Shown here piece by piece: positions 12,734 to 25,380 of a DNA stretch of 64,000 bases. The number at the start of each line of letters is the position of its first letter. Position 1 is the first letter of the stretch. The stretch spans positions 177,692,001 to 177,756,000 of the forward strand of contig NC_091991.1 of assembly GCF_044704955.1 (NCBI RefSeq), given 5' to 3'. This DNA is from Pristiophorus japonicus (Eukaryota). The translations under genes were made by a program, and so were the position numbers. The notes beneath the pieces were generated by a model, which was not told where the DNA came from, did not search any database, and was given only the letters and a program-made list of their open reading frames with translations.

Positions 12734-12913
12734 CTGATTGGCTTCAGCAAGCTTTTCTTCTTTCTCTTGAAGTTTCTTGTTTTGGATTCCAAGCTCCTCC
12801 TTCAATGACTTATTCATATCAATTTGGTCCTTCAATTTTGCCTCACCCTCTGCCTCCTTCTCCTGCAGTTGTTTCACTTGGGTCACTAGGTCCTGGTTCC
12901 GGTCTGCCTCGCG
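12734..12913 (-). CDS. MAD1L1: MAD1L1 coding exon 3 (180 nt, phase 0-0)
   Basis: gtgtAG|...|GTaaag; READRNQDLVTQVKQLQEKEAEGEAKLKDQIDMNKSLKEELGIQNKKLQEKEEKLAEANQ vs human [30 protein letters not shown]... Confidence 0.94.
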
Positions 12914-13506
12914 CTACACGAGAGAGAAAAACAAACTGAAAGTAACTATTTCAAAAAATCCAAAATCACAACAAAAATATTCATAGAAAATATTAATAGC
13001 TACGATTGAAAGTCTCCAATAGCATAACTCTGATTACTGCTCTGTGTAACATAATATAAATGAGAAAAACCAGCCTAGCTATGAAGGTCAGTTGAGACAG
13101 GAGGCAATCTACTTTTTCAAGCTCAACCATCTCCATAGCATATAAACACAAAAGCATGTCGATCACAGCTTGTGGTTGACATTGTTTTTATATTTTCAAA
13201 CTCCTCCCTTGCAGAACAGTGTGAAGTAGTGGAAGGATTCACAGGCTCATGAACAGTCTGCGAAGTGAATGCTCTTTCCTTCGTGTAGTGGTTATGTTAC
13301 TGGACTAGTAATCCATGGACCTAGGCTAATAAGAGAAAGTGAGTTCAAACCCCATACATGCCTTGCAACTAATAACACTGTAGCACTGGCAAAAGGAGGA
13401 TGACAACTAGTGCAATGCGACTTGAAGTGTGAAGAGGGTTTTAATGCCAGAACAGTTTGAAGATGATCCTTATACTTTGCAACTCCCTGTACCTATACAC
13501 ACAAAC

Positions 13507-13647
13507 CTCATAGTTCCAAGAACTGTTCTGAGCTGCCTTCTCCAGTTCAATCCTGGCCCGCTTATGGCTGACCTCCATCTTCTGTTTCTCCCGCTCCACC
13601 TCTAGAATGCGTGAATGGGAACGAACGTACTCAGCCTGCTCTTCGAC
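13507..13647 (-). CDS. MAD1L1: MAD1L1 coding exon 2 (141 nt, phase 0-0)
   Basis: ttctAG|...|GTttgt; VEEQAEYVRSHSRILEVEREKQKMEVSHKRARIELEKAAQNSSWNYE vs human [47 protein letters not shown]. Confidence 0.95.
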
Positions 13648-14263
13648 CTAGAAAATGCACAGCAGGCACATTTTAATTTTAGTCCTTTTTTGGGTGGTGG
13701 GGCGGGGAGGGGTGGAAAAAAGAGGGAAAAGGGTTGGAAGAATGAGAGTTGTAACATATTAGCAGACATCAAGAACATAAGAAATAGGAGCAGGACTAGG
13801 TCACACGACCCCTCGAGCCTGCTCCGACATTCAATATTATGGCTAAACTTTTACGTCAAATCCATTTTCCCACCCGATCCCCATATCCCTTGATTCTCTT
13901 ATTGCCCAAAAATCTATCGATCTCAGTCTTAAATCATTCAATCAAGTTGAGACACCTTCTGACTGAAAACAGATGGTGACCTTTATATCCACAACACAGT
14001 TTATTGTGGTTATATCATTTTGTTAACTTTGAAATATTTACCATGCAAATATTTGAAGGTTTGGGTAATAAACATTTGATGTAAATAAACAATCCATTTG
14101 TCTGGGAAAATTAAAAATACATTGCATCAAATATAAACATATTACACATGCGCCAACAGAACATGTTGTAGTAGTACGACATGCCAACTGGATAACCATG
14201 GCTCAGAAGTAGTACTCTTGCTTCAGAAGGTTTGAGTTCAAGCCCACTCCAGAGTCTTGAGCA

Positions 14264-15465
14264 CATAAGAACATAAGAAATAGGAGCAGGATAGGCCATT
14301 CGGCCCCTCGAGCCTGCTCCATCATTCAATAAGATCATGGCTGATCTGATCATGGACTCAAGCTCCACTTCCCTGCCTGCTCCCTATAACTCTTTATTCC
14401 CTTATCGCTCGAAAATCTGTATATCGCCGCCTTAAATATATTCAATGACCCAGCCTCCACAGCTCTCTGGGGCAGAGAATTCCACAGATTTGCAACCCTC
14501 AGGAGAATAAATTCCCCCTCATCTCAGTTTTAAATGGGCAGCCCTTTATTCTGAGACTATGTCCCTAGTTTTAGTTTTCCCTATGAGTGGAAATATCTTC
14601 TCTGTATCCACCTTGTCGAACCCCCTCATTATCTTATATGTTTCGATAAGATCAACTCTCATTCATCTGAACTTACAATGTGTATAGGCCCAACCTACCT
14701 TCATAAGTCAACCCCCTCATCTCCGAAATCAACCTCGTGAATCTTCTCTGAAAAGCCTCCAATGCAAGTATATCCTTCCTTAAGTACGGAGACCAAAACT
14801 GTACACAGTACACTAGGTGTGGCCTCACCAATACACTGTACAGTTGTAGCAGGACTTCCCTGCTTTTATACTCTATCCCCCTTGCAATAAAGGCCAACAT
14901 TCCATTTGCCTTCCTGATCACTTGCTGTACCTGCATTTTGTGTTTCATGCACAAGGACCCCCAAGTCCCTCTGTACTGCAGCACTTTGCAATTTTTCTCC
15001 ATTTAAATTATAATTTGCTTTTCTATTTTTTCTGCCGAAGTGGATAACCTCACATTTTCCCACATTATACTCCATCTGCCAAATTTTTGCCCACTCACTT
15101 AGCCTGTCTATATCCTTTTGCAGATTTTGTGTGTCCTCTTCACAATTTGTTTTCCCACCCATCTTTGTATCATCAGTAAACTTGGCTACATTACACTCGG
15201 TCCCTTCATCCAAGTCATTAATATAGATTGTAAATAGTTGAGGACCCAGCACCAATCCCTGCAGCACCCCACTAGTCACTGTTTACCAACCAGAAAATGA
15301 CCCATTTATCCCGACTCTCTGTTTTCTCTTAGATCCTCTATCCATGCTAATATATTAACCCCAGCCCCATGAACTTGTATCTTGTGCAGTAACCTTTTAT
15401 GTGGCACCTTCTGGAAATTCAAATACCCACATCCACTGGTTCCCCCTTATCCACCTTGCTCGTTA
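14264..15465 (-). mobile_element. CR1 LINE 3' part inserted into a DeuSINE (SINE head 14195-14266, remainder about 15470-15810)
   Basis: ORFs 14866..15279 (GVLQGLVLGP, FTDDTK) and 14673..15002; the SINE sequence is colinear on both sides. Confidence 0.88.
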
Positions 15466-17049
15466 ATCGAGGCTGACACTACAGGGAGTGCTGCACTGTC
15501 GGAGGTCTTTCAGATGAGACATTAAACCAAAGTCCCATCTGTCCTCTCAAGTGGGCGTAAAAAAAATCCCACGGCACTATTTCAAAGAAGAGCAGGGGAG
15601 TTGTCCCCGTCTTCCTGGCCAATAGTTATCCCTCAACAAACTTCTAAAAGCACATTCTCTGCTCATTTATTGCTGTCTGTGGGACAAGTTGCCTGCCCCG
15701 TTTCCTACATTACAACAGTGACTACACTTCAAAAAGTACTTCATTGACTTTAAAGCGCTTTGAGACATCCTCAGGGCGTGAATGGCGCTGTATAAATTCT
15801 GGTCTTTTCTTTCTTAAAAAGAGCTTTTTATATTCATGACAAACATTCTTCAGATGGCTCCACAGTAAATAAATGCACCCGATGATGTGTTTGATTGATT
15901 GCCTGGTCTTTGTCGAGTCAGTTGATCTCAGCCAGGGAGCTATAGGGACACAACAACTGCCTTCAGTGTTATTGGGCGAGGGAGCGGAGCAGGAAAAAAA
16001 TTGATCTGCCGAAGTTCCTATTCTTAGCTGCTGTCCAGTCACCTTGCTGAGGTGACACATGCGGACAGGAGACAATAAAGAGTTCGGCTCTACTGCTGTG
16101 GTTCAGTACTCCACAGCTTTTGAAACGAGGGTTCCTGACCATATTCATGCGTTTTTCTGTTTTTGCTGACTTTAAAAACTGGTGCCGAGATCTTCACATC
16201 CACGACACAGTTTATTGTGGATGCAGTATCACTTTTTTCCCCCCAACTTTGAAATATATTTTAACATGTACATATTTGCAGATCTGGGATAATGAACAAA
16301 TACATGCTTGGTGCAAAGAAACAATCTATCTGCCGAAAGACAAGTAAAAATACATTGCATCAAATATAAATAAATTACAAATGGTTTGTTTTTATGTTGC
16401 TGTCTCCCAACAAATATAAAACATTTTCTGTAATGTACTCCTTTGTGTAGGTAGGACATGGAGGCTCCCCCAGGACTTGACTAATTTTCGCAACGGGGTG
16501 GGGTGGTCCAGTCCTTGGGACTGTTTATATTAAAACGGCAAAAGATTGAAAAGCACTGGAGCAGATTTGCCTTGTAGGCTTACAATTGCATTTGGAAGGC
16601 TGTTAGTGCCAATGAAACCATGTCCCCTTGCATATGTCACAACCTTTTTGAGAACCTTCTGCAAAAACTACTCAGACACCAACAATAAACCAGGATCATG
16701 AAGATTAGTTATGTCATATACAGAGCGTGCATATTGCGGGCTCATTACCGTCACTGCACAGTATCGCGCATCCCAGTTAGGGGCTGGATTTACCATCTCA
16801 GCCTCCTTCTCTCCCTCCTCCACACCCCCTCCCCTCCCCGACTCGACTCTCCTCTCCTCTCCACCCCACAAAACTTATCGTCACACCAACTGTGAGATCA
16901 CTCTGGTTATTAGAACTATATCACTAGCCTGTAAAGGTTTGCTGAAGGTAGCCGATGGCAAAATGGACATTTCCTCTAACAGAAGGGAACATATTTAAAG
17001 TGCCAAAGCATTTGCTACTTTGTAATCACACAGTAGAAGTAACTCGAGA

Positions 17050-17430
17050 GCTGTATTCACTGGAGTTTAGAAGAATGAGAGGGGATCTCATAAAATTCTG
17101 ACAGGATTGGACAGGTTAGAGGCAGGAAGAATGTTCCCGATGTTGGGGAAGTCCAGAACCAGGGATCACAGTCTAAGGATAAGGGGTAAGCCATTTAGGA
17201 TCGAGATGAGGAGAAACTTCTTCACTCACGAGTTGTTAACCTGTGGAATTCTCTACCGCAGAAAGTTGTTGATGCCAGTTCATTGGATATATTCAAGAGG
17301 GAGTTAGATATGGCCCTTACGGCTAAAGGAATCAAGGGGTATGGAGAGAAAGCAGGAAAGGGGTACTGAGGTGAATGATCAGCCATGATCTTATTGAATG
17401 GTGGTGCAGGCTCGAAGGGCCGAATGGCCT
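17050..17430 (+). mobile_element. CR1 LINE 3' fragment
   Basis: ORF 17107..17307 DRLEAGRMFPMLGKSRTRDHSLRIRGKPFR. Confidence 0.85.
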
Positions 17431-17803
17431 CTTTCTGTGCTATAGGATTCTATGATTCCAAGAACCTCCAGTGAAAGAACGCATGTCACCTTTTCTGTTC
17501 CTATGACCGTGATGTAAAGCAGTCAGCCATTAAACAACATTGTATTGACTGAATATAGCCACGAACCCAATTCTGGCCTCTTGCACATCCCCAACTTTCA
17601 TCGCTCCATTATGGTGGCCGTGCTTTCAACTGCTCAAGGCCTAAAGCTCTGAAAGGCCCTCCTGAAACCTCTCTCCTCCTTTAAAAGGCATCTTAAAACC
17701 TACTTCTTTGACCAAGCTTTTGGTTACTCTCCTTATGTGGCTTGGTGTCAGATTCTGTCTGAAGCTCCTTGGGACGTTTTGCTGCATTGAAGGCGCTATA
17801 ATA

Positions 17804-19528
17804 AACATAGAAACATAGAAACATAGAAAATAGGTGCAGTAGTAGGCCATTTGGCCCTTCTAGCCTGCACCGCCATTCAATGAGTTCATGGCTGAACATC
17901 CAACTTCAGTACCCCATTCCTGCTTTCTCGCCATACTCCTTGATCCCCCGAGTAGTAAGGACTTCATCTAACTCCTTTTTGAATATATTTAGTGAATTGG
18001 CCTCAACAACTTTCTGTGGTAGAGAATGCCACAGGTTCACCACTCTCTGGGTGAAGAGGTTTCTCCTCATCTCGGTCCTAAATGGCTTACCCCTTATCCT
18101 TAGACTGTGACCCCTGGTTCTGGACTTCCCCAACATTGGGAACATTCTTCCTGCATCTAACCTGTCTAAACCCATCAGAATTTTTAACGTTTCTATGAAG
18201 TCCCCTCTCATTCTTCTGAACTCCAGTGAATACAAGCCCAGTTGATCCAGTCTTTCTTGATATGTCAGCCCCGCCATCCCGGGAATCAGTCTGGTGAACC
18301 TTCGCTGCACTCCCTCAATAGCAAGAATGTCCTTCCTCAGGTTAGGAGACCAAAACTGTACACAATACTCCAGGTGTGGCCTCACCAAGGCCCTGTACAA
18401 CTGTAGCAACACCTCCCTGCCCCTGTACTCAAATCCCCTCGCTATGAAGGCCAACATACCATTTGCTTACTTAACCGCCTGCTGTACCTGCATGCCAACC
18501 TTCAATGACTGATGTACCATGACACACAGGTCTCGTTGCACCTCCCCTTTTCCTAATCTGTCACCATTCAGATAATAGTCTGGCTCTCTGTTTTTACCAC
18601 CAAAGTGGATAACCTCACATTTATCCACATTATACTTCATCTGCCATGCATTTTCCCACTCACCTAACCTATCCAAGTCGCTCTTCAGCCTCATAGCATC
18701 CTCCTCGCAGCTCACACTGCCACCCAACTTAGTGTCATCTGCAAATTTGGAGATACTATATTTAATCCCTTCGTCTAAATCATTAATGTACAGTGTAAAC
18801 AGCTGGGGCCCCAGCACAGAACCTTGCGGTACCCCACTAGTCACTGCCTGCCATTCTGAAAAGTACCCATTTACTCCTACTCTTTGCTTCCTGTCTGACA
18901 ACCAGTTCTCAATCCATGTCAGCACACTACCCCCAATCCCATGTGCTTTAACTTTGCACATTAATCTCTTGTGTGGGACCTTGTCGAAAGCCTTCTGAAA
19001 GTCCAAATATACCACATCAACTGGTTCTCCCTTGTCCACTCTACTGGAAACATCCTCAAAAAATTCCAGAAAATTTGTCAAGCATGATTTCCCTTTCACA
19101 AATCCATGCTGACTTGGACCTATCATGTCACCTCTTTCCAAATGCGCTGCTATGACATCCTTCATAATTGATTCCATCATTTTACCCACTACCGATGTCA
19201 GGCTGACCGGTCTATAATTCCCTGTTTTCTCTCTCCCTCCTTTTTTAAAAAGTGGGGTTACATTGGCTACCCTCCACTCAATAGGAACACATCCAGAGTC
19301 AATGGAATGTTGGAAAATGACTGTCAATGCATCCGCTATTTCCAAGGCCACCTCCTTAAGTACTCTGGGATGCAGTCCATCAGGCCCTGGGGATTTATCG
19401 GCCTTCAATCCCATCAATTTCCCCAACACAATTTCCCGACTAATAAGGATTTCCCTCAGTTCCTCCTCCTTACTAGACCCTCTGACCCCTTTTATATCCG
19501 GAAGGTTGTTTGTGTCCTCTTCAGTGAA
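17804..19528 (-). mobile_element. Young CR1 LINE, 5'-truncated (inverted partner of 20945-22871)
   Basis: ORFs 18467..19429 (RT) and 17906..18457 separated by one premature stop; (TTTCTATG)n tail at 17804-17830. Confidence 0.95.
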
Positions 19529-20310
19529 TAATGCGAGTTATTGTTGTCGGCATTGAACCCAGCTGGTAGGGAGTAATTAGGTGACTAAAATCCAGGAATG
19601 AAATTATACTGCAGGCGGTGCTAATGGTCAACGGCACAGATCAGCAACGCGCTTCCCTGACTTCGCCTGCTCGGTTCCCGATCTCAAACCTGTCGAGAAG
19701 GCACGCACCAATCAGAGGCGTCAGCATGCCCCCGACTGGGGTAGGAGGGCAAATAAAAGAAAAATGTTTGGGTGAAGAGAATGAATTTCTCGCAGCCCTT
19801 GAAATAATTTGCGTTGCCAGCAGACTCGCATAGATGGAGGGGTAAGTTACAGAAAGAGAAACTTACCTAAAAATGCTCTAAAAAGATGTTGCCTGCAGCA
19901 CAGATTTTGTTTGTTTCTTCCCCCCACCTGCCATCTATTTCCAACCCTTCTCGCCTGAAAGGCTAACTGGAGTATTGTTCTTTATTTAAACAAGAGGATC
20001 CCCAACTGTCACCAGACAGAGATCAGCTAACTCAGCACACATGGGGGATTGAATCGAGGACCCTTCTAGTCTGCAGGGCTTGGCTACTCACTGGATTGAT
20101 TCGCTGGGCTTTACTCTGCAGTTTCAGAGGTGCTTGCTGAATAACCACCACTCGAGCCACTACCTAGTTTGAAATGTCTGGTTTGCGCTGGGATACAATA
20201 ACTTTTTTTAAAAAGGGAAGAAAATGAAAACACAAAGTGATCTCCATCATTCTCGGCGCAGCAATGTTTTCTCAGTAAGCAATCTTTTCTCAGTACAGAA
20301 ATGTACTAAC

Positions 20311-20460
20311 CTGGATTCTCCGCTGGTACTGCAATTGCAACATTCTCGAGGTAGAGCTTGGCTCATCTGTGCTGGGTACAGTAGCCGAGCTTTGTAACAA
20401 AAAGTTGTTGAAGGAACGTAAAGTGGAGACGACGGTGGTATTCTCTCCGAGATCATCCAT
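20311..20460 (-). CDS. MAD1L1: MAD1L1 first coding exon (ATG at 20460; exon acceptor at about 20474)
   Basis: MDDLGENTTVVSTLRSFNNFLLQSSATVPSTDEPSSTSRMLQLQYQRRIQ vs human MEDLGENTMVLSTLRSLNNFISQ...LQMQYQQSMQ; 150 nt; donor CAG|GTtagt. Confidence 0.95.
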
Positions 20461-20944
20461 CCTGTCTCCTGCTCTGCAAAAAGTACAGAACTCATTTTTA
20501 GGGAAAAGTTATTTCAATACATTTTAAAAGGTATTTTCATCCTCTTTATGGCTCCCCACCCCAGCCAAAAGCACAAGCAGCTGATCTTCTCCCAGGTATC
20601 TCTCCAAACCAGTTGGCAAGAGCTACACGAGAGCAGCTTGGGCGTTATTCATCCTGAGTTTTCTCGACGTGGTTTGATAGGGGAGGTGAAGGCAGCAATG
20701 GGAGATCGGAGAATCTGCCTTACACAAGATATACGGCACAGATACAGGCCATTCGGTCCAACCAGTCCATGTCGCCGTTTATGCTCCACTCGAGCCTCCT
20801 CCTGTCTTTCCTCATCTAAATCTATCAGATTAATCCTCTATTCCCATCTCCCTCATATGCTTGTCTAGCCTCCCCTTAAATGCATCTATAGTATTCGCTT
20901 CAACCACTCCGTGGTAGCTTTCCACATTCTCACTTCTTCTCAGC

Positions 20945-22871
20945 TTGATTAGGGCAGGGAAAATGGAGTATGAGAAGAAGCTTGCAGGGAACATTAAGAC
21001 GGATTGCAAAAGTTTCTATAGATATGTAAAGAGAAAAAGGTTAGTAAAGACAAATGTAGGTCCCCTGCAGTCAGAATCAGGGGAAGTCATAACGGGGAAC
21101 AAAGAAATGGCGGACCAATTGAACAAGTACTTTGGTTCGGTATTCACGAAGGAGGACACGAACAACCTTCCGGTTATAAAAGGGGTCGGGGGGTCTAGTA
21201 AGGAGGAGGAACTGAGGGAAATCCTTATTAGCCGGGAAATTGTGTTGGGGAAATTGATGGGATTGAAGGCCGATAAATCCCCAGGGCCTGATGGACTGCA
21301 TCCCAGAGTACTTAAGGAGGTGGCCTTGGGAATAGTGGATGCGTTGACAGTCATTTTCCAACATTCCATTGACTCTGGATCAGTTCCTATGGAGTGGAGG
21401 GTAGCCAATGTAACCCCACTTTTTAAAAAAGGAGGGAGAGAGAAAACAGGGAATTATAGACCGGTCAGCCTGACATCGGTAGTGGGTAAAATGATGGAAT
21501 CAATTATTAAGGATGTCATAGCAGTGCATTTGGAAAGAGGTGACATGATAGGTCCAAGTCAGCATGGATTTGTGAAAGGGAAATCATGCTTGACAAATCT
21601 TCTGGAATTTTTTGAGGATGTTTCCAGTAGAGTGGATAAGGGAGAACCAGTTGATGTGGTATATTTGGACTTTCAGAAGGCGTTCGACAAGGTCCCACAC
21701 AAGAGATTGATGTGCAAAGTTAGAGCACATGGGATTGGGGGTAGTGTACTGACATGGATTGAGAACTGGTTGTCAGACAGGAAGCAAAGAGTAGGAGTAA
21801 ATGGGTACTTTTCAGAATGGCAGGCAGTGACTAGTGGGGTACCGCAAGGTTCTGTGCTGGGGCCCCAGCTGTTTACACTGTACATTAATGATTTAGATGA
21901 GGGGATTAAATGTAGTATCTCCAAATTTGCGGATGACACTAAGTTGGGTGGCAGTGTGAGCTGCGAGGAGGATGCTGTGAGGCTGCAGAGCGACTTGGAT
22001 AGGTTAGGTGAGTGGGCAAATGCATGGCAGATGAAGTATAATGTGGATAAATGTGAGGTTATCCACTTTGGTGGTAAAAACAGAGAGCCAGACTATTATC
22101 TGAATGGTGACAGATTAGGAAAAGGGGAGGTGCAAAGAGACCTGGGTGTCATGGTACATCAGTCATTGAAGGTTGGCATGCAGGTGCAGCAGGCGGTTAA
22201 GAAAGCAAATGGCATGTTGGCCTTCATAGCAAGGGGATTTGAGTACAGGGGCAGGGAGGTGTTGCTACAGTTGTACAGGGCATTGGTGAGGCCACACCTG
22301 GAGTATTGTGTACAGTTTTGGTCTCCTAACCTGAGGAAGGACATTCTTGCTATTGAGGGAGTGCAGCGAAGGTTCACCAGACTGATTCCCGGGATGGCGG
22401 GGCTGACCTATCAAGAAAGACTGGATCAACTGGGCTTGTATTCACTGGAGTTCAGAAGAATGAGAGGGGACCTCATAGAAACATATAAAATTCTGACGGG
22501 GTTAGACAGGTTAGATGCAGGAAGAATGTTCCCAATGTTGGGGAAGTCCAGAACCAGGGGTCACAGTCTAAGGATAAGGGGTAAGCCATTTAGGACCGAG
22601 ATGCGGAGGAACTTCTTCACCCAGAGAGTGGTGAACCTGTGGAATTCTCTACCACAGAAAGTTGTTGAGGCCAATTCACTAAATATATTCAAAAAGGAGT
22701 TAGATGAGGTCCTTACTGCTAGGGGGATCAAGGGGTATGGCGAGAAAGCAGGAATGGGGTACTGAAGTTGAATGTTCAGCCATGAACTCATTGAATGGCG
22801 GTGCAGGCTAGAAGGGCCGAATGGCCTACTCCTGCACCTATTTTCTATGTTTCTATGTTTCTATGTTTCTA
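20945..22871 (+). mobile_element. Young CR1 LINE, 5'-truncated, with an uninterrupted 606-codon ORF2 remnant (RT and C-terminus)
   Basis: ORF 20945..22765 with all RT motifs ([34 protein letters not shown]); 3' hairpin and (TTTCTATG)n tail; lacks the endonuclease and ORF1. Confidence 0.96.
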
Positions 22872-23074
22872 TCTCAAACCTCCCATCCTCTTCAAACCGC
22901 ACAAAGAAGGTTACAGCGTCCACATCGAAGGATTAATGATTTAATGTAATCACAGCAGTTGATTATCACAAAAACAACTTACACGTACATAGCACCTTTA
23001 ATGTAGTAAAACATCCCAGGGTGCTTATTACACGAACAAACTATTTCTAGGATTTCAATCTGGAAGGAAAAAAA

Positions 23075-24150
23075 CTTGCATTTACATCGCGGCTTTCACG
23101 ACCTCAGGGCTTCCCAAAGACCTTCCCAAAGACCTTTACAGCCAATTAAGTCTTTTTGAAGTGTAGTCACTGTTGTAATGTAGATAACACAACAGCCAAT
23201 TTGTGCACAACAAAGATCCCACAAACAGCAACGTGATAACGACCAGATAATCTGTTTTAGTGCTCTTGGTTGAGGAATCATTATAGGCAGTCCCTCGAAA
23301 TGAGGATGACTTGCTTCCACGCCAAAAAAGGATGAGTTCACAGGTATTTCAATGAAGGACCTAATATTCCAGGTCCTGAACTACATCCTGAAGGATGGAA
23401 GATGCCTGTTTTTTTAAAGATTTTTTTTAACATGTGGTGGCCGTTGCACACCAGCCACCACACAAGCTTGATATATCACCAACGATGTCTCCGCAAAAGC
23501 CTGCAAATCCCCTGGGAGGACAGACGCACCAACATCAGTGTCCTCGACCAGGCTAACATCCCCAGTATTGAAGCACTGATCACACTCGATCAGCTTCGCT
23601 GGGCAGGTCACATAGTTCACATGCCAGATACAAGACTCCCTGAGCAAATGCTTTATGCGGAGCTCCTTCATGGTAAACGAGCCAAAGGAGGACAGCGGAA
23701 ACATTATAAGGACACCCTCAAAGCCTCCCTGGTAAAGTGCGACATCACCACTGACACCTGGGAGACCCTGGCCGAAGACCGCCCGAGGTGGAGAAAGTAC
23801 ATCCGGAAGGGCGTTGAGCTCTTTGAGTCTCAATGCAAAGAGCACAAAGAGGCCAGGCGCAGGCTGCGGAAGGAGTGCGCAACAAACCATCCCCACCGAA
23901 CCCTTCCCCCAACAAATGTCTGTCCCACCTGTGACAGGGTCTGTGGCTCTCGTATCAGACTGTTCAGCTGACACAGGCTTGACAGATAAATATTGGCCAA
24001 ATCCCCTGCTCTTCTTCAAAATAGCATCATGGAATCTGTAACATCCACTTGAGGAGATAGACAGAGCCTCGTTTTAACATCTCATCTGCAGCACTCCCTC
24101 AGTACTGCACTGGGAATGCCGTCCAAGATTATAGGCTCAAGTCTCAGGAG
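23075..24150. mobile_element. Nested cluster: RTE (+, about 23466-23968) inside an RTE-tailed SINE (-) inside a DeuSINE (-)
   Basis: ORF 23402..23971 has RTE motifs (QLRWAGHIVHMPDTRLP, CPTC); host elements resume on the far side (acacaagcttga / acacaggcttga duplicated). Confidence 0.7.
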
Positions 24151-25380
24151 AGAAACAGTGATTTATGGACATCCTTAAGAGTATCTGAAACTTAAGCACA
24201 CTTTCAGACAACTTTATTTTTTATCTATCCGGTGCTGCTGTTTATCCAATAACTTTCTTTTTAAAGAAACTACGACATTTCTACGTAGAGAAAGTAGTCT
24301 TACACCATTATTGATCATTAATTTACCTCTATATGTCCCAAGAGTAGGTAGTTTAATTTACATGCCAAGCATTAAATATAAATGTTGAACTCTAATTAAT
24401 CATCTCTGGCAAAATTAAAACAGCCCAACGGTGAGCACCTGGATATACAAGCACGCGATACTATCAGTGACAGAACCTAGGATATTGCAGCCTCCCCAAA
24501 AGGGCAAAAACTTAAAACAATGTCCCCGCAACTGCTCCGATACACCTCCTTAGGGGGAACAATCACTGATAGAAACCGGAGAATACATTATCAACACACT
24601 CAGGCGTGATGTGAAAGGTGCAAATGTAGAGAACTAGAAAGCAGAGACAGGGAATCACCAGCACAGACAGGCAGTAGGACACACAAACATTACAATTTAC
24701 TTTAGAATGAGATTTCGGGCGGACGTTAAAGATACCACATCACTATTTTGAAGAAGAGCAGGGGAGTTCACCCCAGTGTCCTGGCCAATATTTATCAACC
24801 AATATAAATTTTTTTTAAAACAGATTATCTGGTCATGTCATTGCTGTTTGCAGGACCTCGCTGAGCGCAAATTGGCTGCCATATTTCCAACAGTGACTAC
24901 ACTTCAAAAAATAACTTCATTGGCTGTAAAGCTCTTTGGGACACTGCAACCAGGTAAGGTGCTATATAAATGCAAGTTCAGTCTTTCTTTTACCGAGTCC
25001 CTTGCAAGAAATTCCATACCTGCGCCAAACATTCACCTCCTCAAAAATCATCATCATCATCATAAGCGGTCCCTCGTATCGAGGATGACTTGCTTCCACG
25101 CCAAAAAGGATGAGTTCACAGGTGTTTCAATGAAAATAAGTCTCTGTGGACATGCAGCTCTCTGCTGCGCTAAGAACCGCTTCTGAGAGGACTTTCTACA
25201 GTATGCAGAGTTGTTATAAAGACGACACATTTCAGTTGCTTGTCAGCAGTAACTTATGATATTAATATGGATATACCACCCTCCTTCAAACAAGTGCAAG
25301 TGTGCAGTACACTGAACCACGAAAAGAACAAAAGCTTCAAAGTATTTAAGCAGTTTATTTTTATACCAACAGTACCTTTT

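Noticed and set aside
19900-20110. Old tRNA-SINE-like remnants (also near 2480, 15900, 26500, 31700, 46200)
   Set aside because: Recognisably repetitive but too decayed to assign a family or boundaries without a repeat library.
20945-22765. 606-aa reverse transcriptase ORF as a domesticated gene or novel RT system
   Set aside because: 5'-truncated CR1 ORF2 with no ATG at the ORF start, a standard CR1 3' tail and near-identical sibling copies; intactness reflects young age.
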